This document shows, in pieces, positions 9,915-24,071 of a DNA stretch of 64,000 bases (position 1 is its first letter; each line of letters opens with the position of its first letter). The notes beneath the pieces are model-generated. The model worked only from the letters and a program-made list of their open reading frames with translations, had not been told where the DNA came from and ran no database searches. Both the position numbers and the translations under genes were made by a program. Source of the stretch: Yuukianura sp. NJ FZ-2021 (lineage: Eukaryota); NCBI GenBank assembly GCA_046563655.1, contig CM102285.1, positions 13,826,001 through 13,890,000 of the forward strand. The letters run 5' to 3'.

Positions 9915-12900
9915 TTAAGCCTTTGGAAAGAATCGTTTTGAAGGGTCCTTGGCATGGTCCATAAGAAGTTGACACGGTTTGAAGCAAACTCCGTAGGCAG
10001 CTTCATATCCCTGCATCTTAGCAACGAGATTGGCAGCTCCGTAGCGATCTACCCAGTGGAACGGGCCTCCAGAAAATGGCGGAAATCCAAGTCCAAACAC
10101 AGCACCTATGTCTCCCTCCAGCTGAAATTGAAAGTTAATTGTTAGCTGAACTTTGAATTAATCGATTAACGACAGAAACTTACCGGGTTCTGGAGAATTC
10201 CTTCTTGGAGACAGAGGACGGCTTCATTGATGAATCTGGAGAGCATGCGGAGTTGCATGTCTTCTGGAGCCATGGATCCTTTGGGCTCAATTCTGTGAGC
10301 GTTCAGGATTTTCACAGCTTCCTGGTTCACATTGCGTTCCTTCGAGCCCTTTTCGTAAACGAAGATGCCCTTGCCGGATTTCCTGCCTAAATTCCAAATA
10401 AATCAATTAATCAATTAATCAGGAGTATCGACAAGATTCAATATCAATTACCGTGAAATCCTTTGGCCACAATTTCCTCCATGATAGCAGGGGATCCTCC
10501 GGAAAATCTTTCACCAAAAATGCGACCCAAGTCTTTGGCAATGTGAGCCCCTACATCAATTCCAACTTCATCAACCAACGTACAGGCACCAACGGGAAAT
10601 CCAAGCGAAGTACTCAATTTGTCTATTTCCTTAGGCTCAATGCCTTCCTAAAAAAAAGTTTTCAAGAATTAGTTCAAAATGTTGAAAATCAGATCATATG
10701 TGGGTGAATTGCATATGATTAAATTACAATTTGGGGATGTTAAATAACAGTTAACAGATTTCAGTAGATTTCTTACTTGTAAGAGACGAATCACTTCGCC
10801 CATCATTGGAGCTAAGATTCGGGTAGTGTAGAATCCTGGACCATCTTTAACAATAATCACAATCTTTCCTTGTTTGAGTCCCACCTGAAATTAATTGATT
10901 AATCATAATCAAAAATCATACAAACTAATTAGTTAAGTAATAATTAAAGTTATCTTACGTCAACAGCTGAGGCAATTGTGTCTTTTGATGTCTTTTCAGT
11001 TGTGATGATTTCCAGTAGCTGCATTTTGTCCACTGGTGAGAAGTAGTGCATTCCGATAACTTTGTCCGGTCGCACACTGGCTTCTGCAATCTTCGTAATT
11101 GGTAAAGCACTTGTGTTGGAGGCGAAGATACAATGTGGTGGAATTTTTGCTTCAACTTCCTTGATGACTCTGGAAAGACATAAAAAATAATCGTACAATG
11201 AAAAAAATATGTGGCTCCAGAACATCAAACTAAAGTAAAACTTTCTCACCTATGTTTTAAGTTCAAATCCTCAAAGACAGCCTCAATTACCATATCGCAG
11301 TGCTCGAAATTCTTGTAATCCAATTGAAGCGTAACGTTAGACATGATTTTCTCGGATTCAGCGCTAAAAGTAACATTCATAGCAAAATATAAGTTGGAAT
11401 GTCCAGTCCATGTCATGGCTTCCATGATCATGTCACTTTATACTTTGAATACCTTACCTTGAGATCCTCTTCCGCTTTACAGCGTTCGTAAGACCATCGT
11501 AGATTTGTTGATTTCCGCGAAGTAATCCTTTGTCAGTAGCGTCTTTCAGAATGACGTGATAGCCTTTGTCACATGTCACTTGCACAATGCCTGCTCCCAT
11601 CAGGCCGGCACCCAACACAGCAACATTCCTGAAAAAAAGTTTAAAAATTCAAGAAGTAAGATTTTTAGTTTCTATAAAAAAAAAACTTCAACAACATATT
11701 TTTAAAAAATTCATACTTGACTGGATGTTGTGGTTTTCCGAAAGCATTTTTCTTGGATTCAGTCTGTCCTTGGAATAGAGAAATGAGACCTTTGGATTCC
11801 GGTGTCATGACGAGCTCTCCAAATCCAGTGGCTTCTGCTTCCGATCCAGCTACAAATCCTTTATCCAATCCAACACGAACGACGTCCAGAATCTTGAGTG
11901 GAGCTGGGTACAGGCCCTTGCTTGCTTTCATCACTTGAGCTCTGGCTTTCTCAAAAATCTTGTCTTTTACAAATCCAAACTTTAAGGCCAAATCCATTGC
12001 TTTGTCCGTCACAGACTGTTTCTTGACTTTCTTCAGTTTTCCACTGGCTAATTGTGACGCTACATCCACTGCCACTTGTTCCAGGTACTCCAGTGTCCTG
12101 GTTCAATATAAACCAATACTATTTAAGTGAAAAACATTACACAGTTGAATTTGATTATGTAGCATTGCGCTTACATAATTTCAGCCGGTTTAAGTCCAGG
12201 TCCTAGAGGTTCGATTGTCATGTCTACCAGGCCCATTTTCTTTGCCTTGTCTGCCTTGATATTCTTTCCAGTGAGCATCATGTCCAGAGCATTTGGCAGA
12301 GAAATTAATTTAGGTAACCTCTGAGTACCTCCAGCTCCGGGCAGCAGACCCAGCATAACTTCAGGGACACCAAGCGCCGTTTTCTTGTCTTTGACAGCGA
12401 TTCTGTACTGAGCAGCTAAAGCGACCTGAAACATAAACGTTCAACATTGAAGTTAAGCTGGTTTGCAAATAACGTTGAGCTTTAAGAAAATAAATGCAGC
12501 TCACCTCCAAGCCACCACCTAAACAAACTCCTTGGATTGCTGCAACGACCGGCTTCGTGGAATCGGCCAACTGGTTCAGCATATTCTGCCCCTCACGAGA
12601 AATTTTTGTCCCTTCAGCTACGCTGGTGGCTCTAACGGACAAAACGACGACAAATTACCAAATTAATTAGTAAAATCGAATTTGGTTTGAAGTAGTGAGT
12701 CCACTCCTGTATTCCAAAAAAAGAGCGAGAGAGACATTTAACCTTACTTGGCCAACATGCTGATGTCTGCTCCTGCAATAAAGCATCCAGGTTTTCCAGA
12801 AATCAGAACCCCCGATGTAATACTTGGGTTATTTTGAAACTCCTTTATAATGCCGGAAAAATCAGCCGACACTTCATCGTTCAGAACATTCATCTGTAGA

Positions 12901-13129
12901 AGAAAAAAGAAATCCCGTATCAATTTACGGCAAACTTTTATAACTTACTTATTCAGTATGTTTCTATTAACTTAAATACCTTAGCATTTGGCGAATCAAA
13001 CTTGATGACCGCTACTCCGCCCGGTTTGACCTCCATGTTTACATGTTTCCCATTGAGCAGTCCACTCCTGGAAAACATCCTTACTCCCATGGACTTCCGT
13101 AGAAGAAACGATACCCGACACAGTGACAT
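9915..13129 (-). CDS. HADHA: Mitochondrial trifunctional enzyme subunit alpha (enoyl-CoA hydratase / 3-hydroxyacyl-CoA dehydrogenase)
   Basis: Arg/Ser-rich presequence [21 protein letters not shown], then [87 protein letters not shown] and [12 protein letters not shown] across multiple short-intron exons. Confidence 0.97.
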
Positions 13130-14189
13130 CCCTCTGCCTTTAAACGTTCAGCAGCTGTCGTTAGTCGTATAATCGTTGACAAAAACCTCCTCAGTTGATT
13201 GTTGATATCAGCTGCCCTCATATAATACAAAAACATGCATAAACTTAACAATAAATTGAAAACCAAGTCTGTTATTACTTACAACAATTAACTTACAAAT
13301 TATTACGGGATGGAATGTTCGCTTTGTTGTTGTAGACAGAGTCGTTCGCCGGTCACGGGACTTTTTTGGCTGTAATCGTTCTCGCTCCAATGTTAATCAG
13401 TGAACAACGAATTAATCAACTGTTTACTGATTACCGTCCCTGCCCTCCTTGTTCTCCACCGGCTTGGATTGTCACTTGAAAGTTCAAATTAAAAAAATAA
13501 CACAGCAAAGCACGGGAGAAGCAAAAATTGGAAAAGATACAAAAGTACAATGTGCAAAGTGCAAAGTCCGCCAAAAGAAACTCTGACAGATGAGAGTGAA
13601 ATCAAGGACATTAGATGGCACGCAATCAACAAAAAATTGACCTCAATTGACCTTTCATTGTTCACTAATTACAATAATGAACTAATTAAACTCCTCCTTT
13701 CACCCGTAATTTATTGGAGTACATTTTTATAAAATTCAATTTGAACAATTTTAATCCAGATTTTCGGGAAAACGAATAAATTTACACAGAATACACAAAA
13801 TAAGTACAAATCAAGAACTGCGATTAGTAATTAATTGGCTTTTGCATTGTTGCCAAATATTGTCTACAATATAACTACTATAACATGCAATATTATAATA
13901 GTATATTATAGACAATATTAACATTAATATATTACTATTACAATTTACACATTCTACATTTATATATAAATAACATATTCACATATTACATTGTCATTAT
14001 AAATGCAAAAGTGGAATTCCAAAAACACTCGCCGGAAATTCCACAATGAAAAATTAATATAAAATTAAGCCCTACAAAATTCCTTCTTCATCAAAAACCC
14101 TAAATAAATTAATTAGTTTAGAGCGAAAGAGCGCTAATTAGTCTCCGCAGTAATTAATTGTCAATTAATTTGTAAACTATCTTCCTTTG

Positions 14190-17100
14190 TTACACTTCCG
14201 TATGACCTTTCTCACCCTCTCTAATAAGATCTGGATCTTGTGAAACTGATCTTGTCAAGGGAGTTGGCAACGGTGGATGAGAACCCAGACGACTTCGTCT
14301 TCGTTGTATAGGCTTCCGCATCAAACTAAACGTAAAAAAATAATCAACTCAATTAGTTAATCGTGATTAATTAATTTAATTAATTAACATAGCTAACTAT
14401 TAAGTAATTAGTTTCAAGTTCAGCATTACCTTCTCCTTTGAAGCAACACTGAGTAGTTGCTCTCATGTCTTCCAGCAGTTTCTTCTTCATCTGACAACGT
14501 TCCAAAAGCATCATCAAACAAATCTTCTCTGCTACTCGTTTCGTTTTCTCTCGATTCAAGTGTTTCGTTGCTCTCAGTTCGTCCAGCATTCATCGCAAAT
14601 CCTCTGGCCACATCTTCCCTAGGCTCTTCATCTTCTTCCGTAAAATTTTCTCCAGCAGTACCGATACTTCCGTGTCCAAGTATTCTACATCGACTACACG
14701 GATAATGGTAGCAACAAGTAGCTCTCAAGCAGGAAGTTCCTTGACCTCGTCCATTCTTCTTCTCCCACAAAAGACAAACTTTACGATCCAAACTCTCGAG
14801 TAAATTGTCATCAGAACTCTCATGAGTGTAGTCATTGTTGTTGTTTCTGCCTGCTTTCGGATCGTCATCTTCATCTTCTTCGTCTACGGTAGAGGACATG
14901 GAACGTTTCATCTGGGAATGTGTGATTTCCGGTTCCTCTTCAACGTCTGCAGCTTCCAGAGCTTCTTCATGTCCTTCTTCCATTAGAGTCGTAAATGAAT
15001 TTGATTTGAGTTCAAAGGCAGATCCTGGTGTTTTGTTGCTACTTCCATCAGAACCAAGGGACATGTCAGTCACTTTGCACTCTTCAACTGGTTGCGGAGA
15101 CGTTGGTAAGTTCAAATGCAGAGTTCGTGTTTGAGACAATCGGCACTCTGGAAAATCCGTCTGAGTTTCAGAATCGATAAGGTCACGGCCACTTGGAGAA
15201 CTCTGCAAACGGAAAATCACAAATTTGATTATCAAATTCTCCCGAGCTCTTCAAACTTTTTGAACAATGTTCTAAAAATTCCATAACTTCAACCACTCAC
15301 CCTCTCAAATGCATATGAAGTATGCATTTTGGGATAGGTAGTCACAAATTTTCCATAGTTCTCATGACTCTTTGATCTTTTATGACGATATCTTCTGTAT
15401 CGCATTCTGGAATCGGCAGAAAGTGTCACCGTAGAATTGGAATGATGAACAGGTTCAGCATAGTCACGCACATTCGACTGCGGTTTATCAGCTGAATTAA
15501 GCTCAGAGTAAAGATTTACACGCTTCGTCGTTCCAATTCCAGTGCCAACACCTTGTTCATCATCTGATACTTGAATTTTCACACTCGTTCCAATGACACG
15601 ATCTGGCGTTAGAGGCGTCGAGAACTGTCCACTGTCATCCTTGGACTGGACAGACATAAAAATGGCAGATCGTTTCGGTTTTTCTGAGTTTGTACTATCA
15701 GGACTATCGTTCGACATGGATCTGAACAGTGGTTTGAACTTCCGTTTAGATTTTGGCACTACAATTCCCACTTTTTCTTCTCGCCTAAACAAAAACCAAG
15801 ATTAGCTTTAGTTTTTTGGCCAAAAGTGCCAGGAAAGTACAAAAATCTGTTAAATAATTCAACGTTTAGCTTACTTTTGGAGTTCCTTCTCTCGCGTCTC
15901 CAGTTGTGCCAAAAAGGCATTAAGTTGAATGTACAAATTATGCGTCCTGTCCAATTTTCGAACGTAGTGTTCTCGGATATCCTGAGCATGGCGTAGCTCC
16001 TCCTTCCGCTTTCGGATTACCGCATCTTCTGCTTTGGAATGAGATCTTCTGGACTTAGCCTTGACAAGCTGATCGCGCAACTCTTCTTTCCATTTATTCT
16101 AAAATATTAAAATCCAATTATCCAAAAACTCCGCCTCTTCTCACAAAAAAAAATTGGCAAAATGTCAACTCGAGCCGCCTGATTCTTATACCTGCATTCT
16201 GACGTATTGATCTGGCGGAGTCGCCAGAACTTCGTCACTTGCGATTTCCAAGTGCAGAAGAATGTGTTTGAAGGATGGACGATTTCGCGGTTTGGCACTG
16301 CAGCATTGCTTGATTAGTAATTTATAGCCCTGTTATCACCAAAATAGCTTAAGTTAATCGATGAGTAACAATTAAGTTTGCGTCATTATGCTTGAATAAT
16401 CTTGATTTGTCATTTTTACCTCAGGACATGATGACGGCAAAGGTAGATGAAGTGAGTTATTCCCAACGCCCCACATGATTGCTGATGAGTCCACGTCCTT
16501 ATAAGGTGTTTCACAAGTCAGAAGCTCCCACAGGACGACACCGAATGACCAAATGTCAACTTTCTCTGAGCAAGGTTCGTTCCGAATAATTTCTGAAAAA
16601 CATTTCAAAATTTCGGAATAAGTTATCGATAACATTAATTCATTTCAAATCAACATCCAATTGGTAAAAACCGCGACAGTACATTTGAAACAGAACCAAA
16701 GTTGTACCTGGGGCCATCCAAGCAACGGTCCCAGCAAAACTCATTCTCGTGCTGATTTCATTCCACTGACGACTGGTCCCAAAGTCGCTGATTTTGGCAA
16801 CGTCATTTCCACCAATCAGGACACTGAAAGGAAAAATTATTGAAAATCACTGTTGACTGAAAAGTTTGCATTGAAGATTGTTATTGTTTGTTGTGTCAAT
16901 TACTTTGGACTCTTCAAATCCCGGTGAATGATCTTGTGAGCATGGAGGTAGTGCATCCCACTGGCAATGTGTCGAGAAAACTCAACCAGTCTTTTCGGTG
17001 GAACTTCATCTCCACGACTAATCAGTCCGTAGAGAGTGCCCAATGGGCAGTATTCCATTACAATGCAGTAGCAAGGTGCTTGTGTACATACTCCCCTATG

Positions 17101-19783
17101 AACAAAACAGAAAACAAACACTTGAACTACATTACTGGTAGAAACAAAAATTATACTGCCAATATTGGTAGAAATACTCACTTGAACTGAATAATGTTGA
17201 CGTGATTGAGTTTCTTGAGATGCTTGATATCAGTCTCTTTGAGATCGCGGACCTTCTTGACGGCCACCCATTCGTTTCTGAGCTTCCCTTTGAACACTGC
17301 TCCCTGTGCCCCTGACCCCAACCACTCCAGCTCCCCGATCTGCTCAAACGGAATCTCCCACTCGTCCGCACTCTGCTGGTGCTTGAGATCATGGTTCGCT
17401 GCTTTCCCAATTATTGTCCACACTGGTCTTAGGCATCCCAGGAGTCCGTTGAACCAACCATTATTGGCAGTAGTTCGGCCGGAATTTGTAGGAACCAAGG
17501 GAAGTGGATTCTGTTCGGACTCTTCCGGGTTTTGGTTGATAGGCAAAATGTTATTCGTGGATTTGGAGTTGACCAGGACGTTGTTTGAGGGTTTGCCACC
17601 AGAGTCTGGAGAAATTGTGACCACGGTGTGAACTGGAAGGGAACTGCTCATCCAGCCACCTCCATGACTGTCCAGAGATACTTCCGGCCCTTGACCTTGA
17701 CCATTGTTCAGTTGGTCATGGAAGTTTGACGTAGAGATCTCGGGAACACTGAGGGCCAAATGATTCAGTTTCTCATGGATGAGAATTACACTGCAAAAAA
17801 AGAAACAAATCATAAAACGAATTAGTTACGAATGAATTTTTCCCACGCTGTCTCCATTCATTGCAAAATCTATTCATTCTGTCCAGAAATCCATTATCCT
17901 GTCTATTTTACATTAAGAACAATGCATCTCAAAAATATCCATTAGCACTTTCTCTGCTCCCGTCCATCACCATTTTTCCAAACTTAATTAATTACCCATT
18001 TCTAATCTGTCCACTTTGGGTTTCAGCTGGTATTTCCCGGGTACTATTCCGCGCTCGATTCCTTCTCGAAGAGGAAGTTCTACAACAAATGAAAGTATCT
18101 CGAAGAATACTTCGATAGATTGACATCCTGAAACCCTTCCGTGACACTTGACGGATCTCACCATTTAACTAACACTTAAATGGCACTAGCCCTTCGTCGG
18201 CTAGCAACTCCCCTCCACTGGCTAGTTCCTAATCAATTGCTGTATTTCACAGATGAGAATCGTATGGTTCTCAAATTACAAAAGTTAATCCCGTGATGTA
18301 AAAAAAGAACTGAACGCAAACGGGACACGACTGGGGAGGATGGATTTATGACGTCTGATAAACATTGAAAACCACACTTATTACAACAGTTTACCACCAG
18401 CACAAGAGTAGCAGAATCCATAAGAACTGTATACTGGGAGTACTGGATACTGGAGAGATGAGGAATTTATGAAAAACAAACAATAGAGGATAATAAACTA
18501 TCTGGAATTCCAAACAGATGAGAATGGAATGCAATCCTAATCGTCCTTCGCTCCTAAACGTCCGTGTACCGTCCGTTTGTCGTCGCTTCCACTTCAAAGG
18601 GGAAAATAGCCCAAGTAACACAACCCACCAAAAAAAGTTAATGTAAACAAAGGACTTAAAATATCCAATTACGTAGTAGTTAGTGATGTGCTTGGAAGTT
18701 AACTAAAGTTTAGTAAACTCAAGAACTCAATTAAATAGCACACACACAAAACAGTTTCATCATAATCTCCTCTGAGAACTAGACACAACGACGTTTCTTC
18801 GTCTTTCACGTGTTGTGTACTAAAAACTACCCAAAAACATAGCTGCTAAAAACTAAAACGCAAACTTTTTACCAACCACAAACCATAAAATGAACTTTCA
18901 AAATAGGAAAAGGCAAAAGGAAATCCGTAGCAAAAAAAAGACTCCTTCCAAGTACACGTAGAAGACGTTAGAAGTAGAAATTGTTATGGGTGGACTTGGA
19001 CTTTGAACTCTTCACACAACTACGAAATGTGCAAAATGCCCTTGATTTTTACATGGGAACACTTTGTGGGGTGAAGGGACTGTTAAATACTTTATGCTTT
19101 TTTGGGCTTCACAAGGTACAAGTACATATGTATGAACCCAAGTAACACAACACAACGGGTGCATAAAAGCACTTCTCAAGGATTAACCTTCGTCGCTTTT
19201 TGACCTTATAAACAGGTCAAAAAGCGGCATATAAGCAGGTCAAACTCTTTCGTGTGGACAGGACATGGTAACATAGACTTAACATACCAGAGTGAAGCTA
19301 CTTAAAACCGGTAAAGTAATCATGCTAACGCAAAAGTTAAGTTTAATAAGGTCAAACTCGTGCGTAAGTTGACTGTTTACGTACTATTTTATGCGCTGGG
19401 AAGCTAACTAAGCTTTAACTAACTAAAGAGGATTCTATTTTGGCAAAAACTCAAAGCCATAGTGCTAATTACAAGGAAAAAGTAATTAGCAATTACCTGT
19501 CAGACTCATATTGCATGGCCTTGAAGTCTTGGAGAGAGCGAATTGTTCCATCAGAGTACTTCCAAACGTTATTTTCCGCTGCATTTGAGTAGTTCCGATG
19601 CTGATTGTTCCCCAAAGTAGCCGCCTTGATCTTGTTATTCTTGTACTTTTGTGACCTTTCATAGTGACCTTGTTGTACTTCATTTTCTGCAATAACTGGA
19701 GCAGCACTGGCAGCATACACTGATAATTTGGAATGTGTTGACTGGGAAGTACGCAGAACCGTACCGATGCTCGGGGTTAACAT
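14190..19783 (-). CDS. MAP3K13: Dual leucine zipper kinase (MAP3K12/MAP3K13, DLK/LZK, Drosophila wallenda orthologue)
   Basis: [79 protein letters not shown], and leucine zipper [17 protein letters not shown]. Last exon 14325-14190. The N-terminal exons 19783-19498 and 18127-17995 are phase-compatible but less certain; an alternative ATG is at 18126. Confidence 0.95.
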
Positions 19784-20500
19784 TTTTCCGTCCAACTGTG
19801 TCCAGTAACTCTGGATTTTCTTCTTGAAGGTTAGGTTTTATGAAATTACTCCCGTCGAGTATCAATTGACTTGACTGGAGAAAGTTAACGGTCCGAGACA
19901 AGTCCTGGAGGGAGGTTTATTTTGATCTGGACTAAAGTGTCCATCCGACCGGAGGTTCAAATAGTTCTGGATGGACTGGAACTGGGAATTCCAGTTTGGC
20001 GAAACGCTGAATTCGAGTAGTTGTAAAGGTCACTCAGTCCTGGAGAAAGAAAGAATAAAGTTTTCATTCAATATTGAGGACAGGGAAAGTGGAAAGCGCA
20101 GGACCAATGTAAAAGCTAGAGCAGGGGAAAGTCCACGTCAACGGTATACCGTGGACTGTTTCCCATGCATGCCACAGTGGGCAAAGTGCCTCGTGTGCCC
20201 TATCGTGCTTAGCTTGTGTCGTCTATCGATTTCTGTAGGGTATTTCCCTTCGTGGAACAACAATCCAGGGAAAATCCACATTTTTAAAAAGAAAAAAGAG
20301 AAGCTTTTGCCTAAGTACCATCAAAATATTACTCGCTTTCACTCATTCACTTTCACTTTCGTTTCATTCTGCACCAATCACATCTTCATTCGCTTTCACT
20401 AAACACCAATCACTGCCTTAAGCAAACAGCGAGCACAAAAGGCTCAAGGAAGAAGCTGAATTCAAGTGAAATGAAATTCAATAAGACCAAAGATTTCGTA

Positions 20501-20592
20501 GAAAAACTTTGGAAACCTTAGAAGATCTTTGGAAATCTTAAAAAATCCTTGGAAATCTTAGAATCACGTGTTAGAAATCTTAGAAAAGCTTT
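20501..20592. repeat. Short 20-bp tandem repeat (about 4.5 copies)
   Basis: gaaaaactttggaaacctta / gaagatctttggaaatctta / aaaaatccttggaaatctta / gaatcacgtgttagaaatctta / gaaaagcttt. Confidence 0.8.
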
Positions 20593-23500
20593 TTGTAATG
20601 AAAACAACACGCATCAGCACACAGAATCAGAAAACAAAGAAAAAATCGTACGAAAAACGTTTACGAAAAGAATGGAAACGTTCCTGGAATGAAAACGGAG
20701 AAAACAAAATTAGCTGGCTTTCTCCCACAAAAACCTCAAAAACAAATTCAGAAAAACATCATTTTTTTTTCAAAAAGTCATTCAAAAAGCAGTCATATCA
20801 ATTTTGGTACATTGTAAAAGTTGAAATGCCTGGTTTTAATTCAAAAACTTTCAAGAAAAACAACAACAATATTTCGGAGGCCCGCTGTGTGCCTCACTTT
20901 TATAAAACTTTAATAATGAAGTTAAAATGAGGCTAGAAATTGAAAAAATTGTTTACGCTTTTTCCTTTATGTAGATTTTGTCCAATAACGAGTGAAAGTT
21001 GGACAACATTTTGTGTAATATTAAGGAAATGGATGAATTCCTAAGCTTAGGATTTCAGAAATAAGGAAAGTAGGCCATTTGAATTCCTAATCCGTCGTAA
21101 GTTGGGGGTTTTTCGTGTATTTTTGGCCTGGAGAGCGTGGGAAGTTAAAAAATAGTTGGAGAAAGTCCAGCACTACCAATTACGTCTTCTAAAACTGTCT
21201 CTGCATTCCGCTTGTGTTTGCACTACACTTTCTTCGAAGTAAGACTTTTGGAAAAACGGGGGTTTTCCAGCACCCGTGAAAAGTGCCGGCTTTTCCAGGA
21301 TTCTGAGAATCCAGTCATAGCACAACAGACTTTAGACTATACTTGACAACTTGACGAGGGCATTCCTGGAATCCCTTTCACTTTCTCTCTCGACTTTCAC
21401 TTGACCTCCCAAGGACACAAAAATTAGAAGAAAAAAAAACTTTCACCCCTCAAACAGTCAAAGTCAATCTCAAACACTAAATTATTCAAAAAACTAACCT
21501 AACCTAACAAAAAACCTAATTTAAACTAATCTAAATAACATAACCTAAACTTCAACATCCATTTTCCATTTTGAAACTTTCACCTTTTAAAACGGAAAAT
21601 TGAGTTGTTGCTTTTGTTTTACACCAAACAGAAAAAACTAAAAATAAAAAAATTAGCAAGTTATGAATTCCTAGTTTTAGCGATCTTGTCACTTTTTCAA
21701 AAAATACAGCAGTACTCCTGCGTTAATTTTTTTTACTTACGTATATTGAAATTTGACGCAATGACGCAAATGAACTAAAAAGCTCAATTAACTTTAACTG
21801 AACATAACCTTGTTGTGCGGTTACGCCTCTTGCGACACACAGCCGGAAAATACTTGTGGACGCTTTGATTATTCACCCAGGACTTTAAACTGTTCTAACC
21901 CATTTAACCTGTCTTTGTTTGATAAAACTGATAACAATTTAAGCAGTGACGATAGTACTGCCTAAAATCAACAGTTTTAAGCCCACTACGAACTAAATAA
22001 AAAGCAAACATTAGACTAATCAAGACTAATCTTATTCAATTTCAATCATTCCACAAAACACGTCAGAAAAACGTATGAGCAATGCCAAAATCACGCCACT
22101 ATCTAACCAGTTTCCACTTTTTTTTAAACACTCATCCACTTCAAAGTTGAAACTTCAATTTTCAAAAAAATGAAACCGTAATTAGTCATTTGGAAACAAA
22201 ATGTTTTGAGATTTATCTTTTTCAAAAATACCGAAAGTTTTAGCTTTTACGCATTTACACTTCAGTTTCCTATTAAACGTTAATTACTCAATTACTAATT
22301 GACTAATTAACTTAAGCGCGAGGAAAAGCGGAGAGAATAGCATTAAAATTATCATAAAACTAAAAAGTTTTACAACAAAACATCATCATGCACTAAACTA
22401 ATGTTCACTTACAATTTTTCAAAATTTCGTGCTTCGAATTTGTGAGCGGCGTTGAACTCCACAAAAACTTTTAAACTTTCACAATTCTCTCCAACTTGGT
22501 AAATTTTTTTTTTCAAAAAATGACTTTTTTTTTTAATGAAAACAATTTTTTGTAGCTTGAGATAACTTGAGGTGCTAAAATTTGGCAAAATACTGAACAC
22601 TGCTCTACTGTAACACGTTCCACTGTAAAGATTTTTGGCACCTTAAATTAGGTGATTTCGCAACAACCAAAATAATTAGAGTGGAGCAACACACACAAAA
22701 TTCACAAGCACTTCCACCTGCTCCTTCCACACAAAAAAAATGAGAGTTCACTGAAATCACATTTGCACTCAAAATGAATAATCGTAAAATCGTAAATGAA
22801 AAACTTCAATTCTAACAAAGGATTCGCATAATCTAAAAAGTACACCAAAAAAGTTCCTCCTCACCAACCACTTTACTTCACTACTGAAACTAAGCTACTC
22901 GCATCAACAGTAACTGCTGCCATGCGACACTATCACTCTAACACTAATTCTTATACTGGCAGTAGTAAGTGATGGTGAGTGAGTTTGACTTGAGCTAAAC
23001 ATGCAAGATCCAACTAATTAAACAATGACGTCAATCTAACAACAATACAAAAGTAGTCGAAATCCTCTTCAAAGTAATCAAAGTGGTCGTAGATGGTAAG
23101 TAGTCGCATGACCCGTAATTATAAAGTGGTCGTAATTATAAAATGGTCGCACTTATGAAACTGCTTGGAGTTAAAACGTAATCGTATGACCAACGTGTCT
23201 GCAACACACCTTCGACACGGAACGAACGAACCACACAAACACACGTACAAAACCAAATCGTTTTCGTTTTGAATTTCTTGCTAAACAACTTTTTCGCCTC
23301 CTTTAGAACTTCAACTGCACAGAAAAACTGGTTTGTCTGCAATTGCTTACGATTTAGCCTACCTTAAGCTTCCAAGAGAAGGCTAACATTTTAGCATTTT
23401 GTTTGCCCAGAAGATACTCAACTAAACGTAAAACTTTTGGTTTCGTGTGTTGTAGGGTTCCTCCAAAGGTGTGTGATGGTGGTGTTCATGATCATAAAGG

Positions 23501-23709
23501 CCAGTCTCACCTTAAGGTTCTACACATTTCGTACTCCGTTAGCATTGTGGGGCTCAAATTGGTTGGCGAAAGGTGTAGAACCCAAGGGGCGCAGAGGGAG
23601 GAAGCCACTGAGGCAGAAACATTTAGGAACAATGGAAACAGTACAAGGGAGGCTAACAACAATGGACGTTGAGGAAGAAGCAGGTGAATAGGTGGGGTGG
23701 CCCAGAAGT

Positions 23710-23816
23710 CCAAGTACCCTCTCCAAGTACCCTCTCCAAGTACTCCGTCCATTGGTAAGTACCCTCCCCCAGCACTTCTTCCATTAGCAAGTACCCTCCC
23801 CAGTACTTCTTCCATT
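23710..23816. repeat. Nested short tandem repeats (13-bp CCAAGTACCCTCT unit plus a duplicated unit of about 31 bp)
   Basis: ccaagtaccctct x2 plus a degenerate third copy, followed by aagtaccctcccc(c)ag(c/t)acttcttccatt x2. Confidence 0.75.
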
Positions 23817-24071
23817 GTTGTCTTAATGACAACAACAAATCCTCCAGGCACTTTCCAAGAAGCCGGAGGGTAAGGCTACACTTGCACCTTTGATTGTTCA
23901 GGTTCCCTGTTCAGACAAAAGCAAAAACTTGAAACTTTTGATTTTTTTTTGTTAAGGGCCCTTAGAAATAAGTTGAGCTTACAGTTTTCTTGTTGTTGGT
24001 GTCCTTGAGGTCAATGAGTTCCTTTCCATTTTGTTTCTTTGCATTTGAAGCTGAAGGGATCGTCTAGGTAC

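Noticed and set aside
13081..13266. 61-aa ORF overlapping the HADHA start
   Set aside because: It is out of frame with HADHA. It could act as an overlapping uORF only if the TSS lies upstream of about 13221, which I cannot determine.
19971..20930. 143-aa and 120-aa + strand ORFs
   Set aside because: They are antisense to the DLK 5' region, low-complexity Lys/Phe-rich, and show no domain signal.
23710..23816. Repeat-spacer-like pattern resembling a mini CRISPR array
   Set aside because: The context is eukaryotic, the units are short and adjacent without unique spacers, and there are no cas genes.
23507..23851. 114-aa minus-strand ORF downstream of METTL17
   Set aside because: It has a non-ATG start, is built partly from tandem repeats, and splicing of the nearby intron does not give a long in-frame product.
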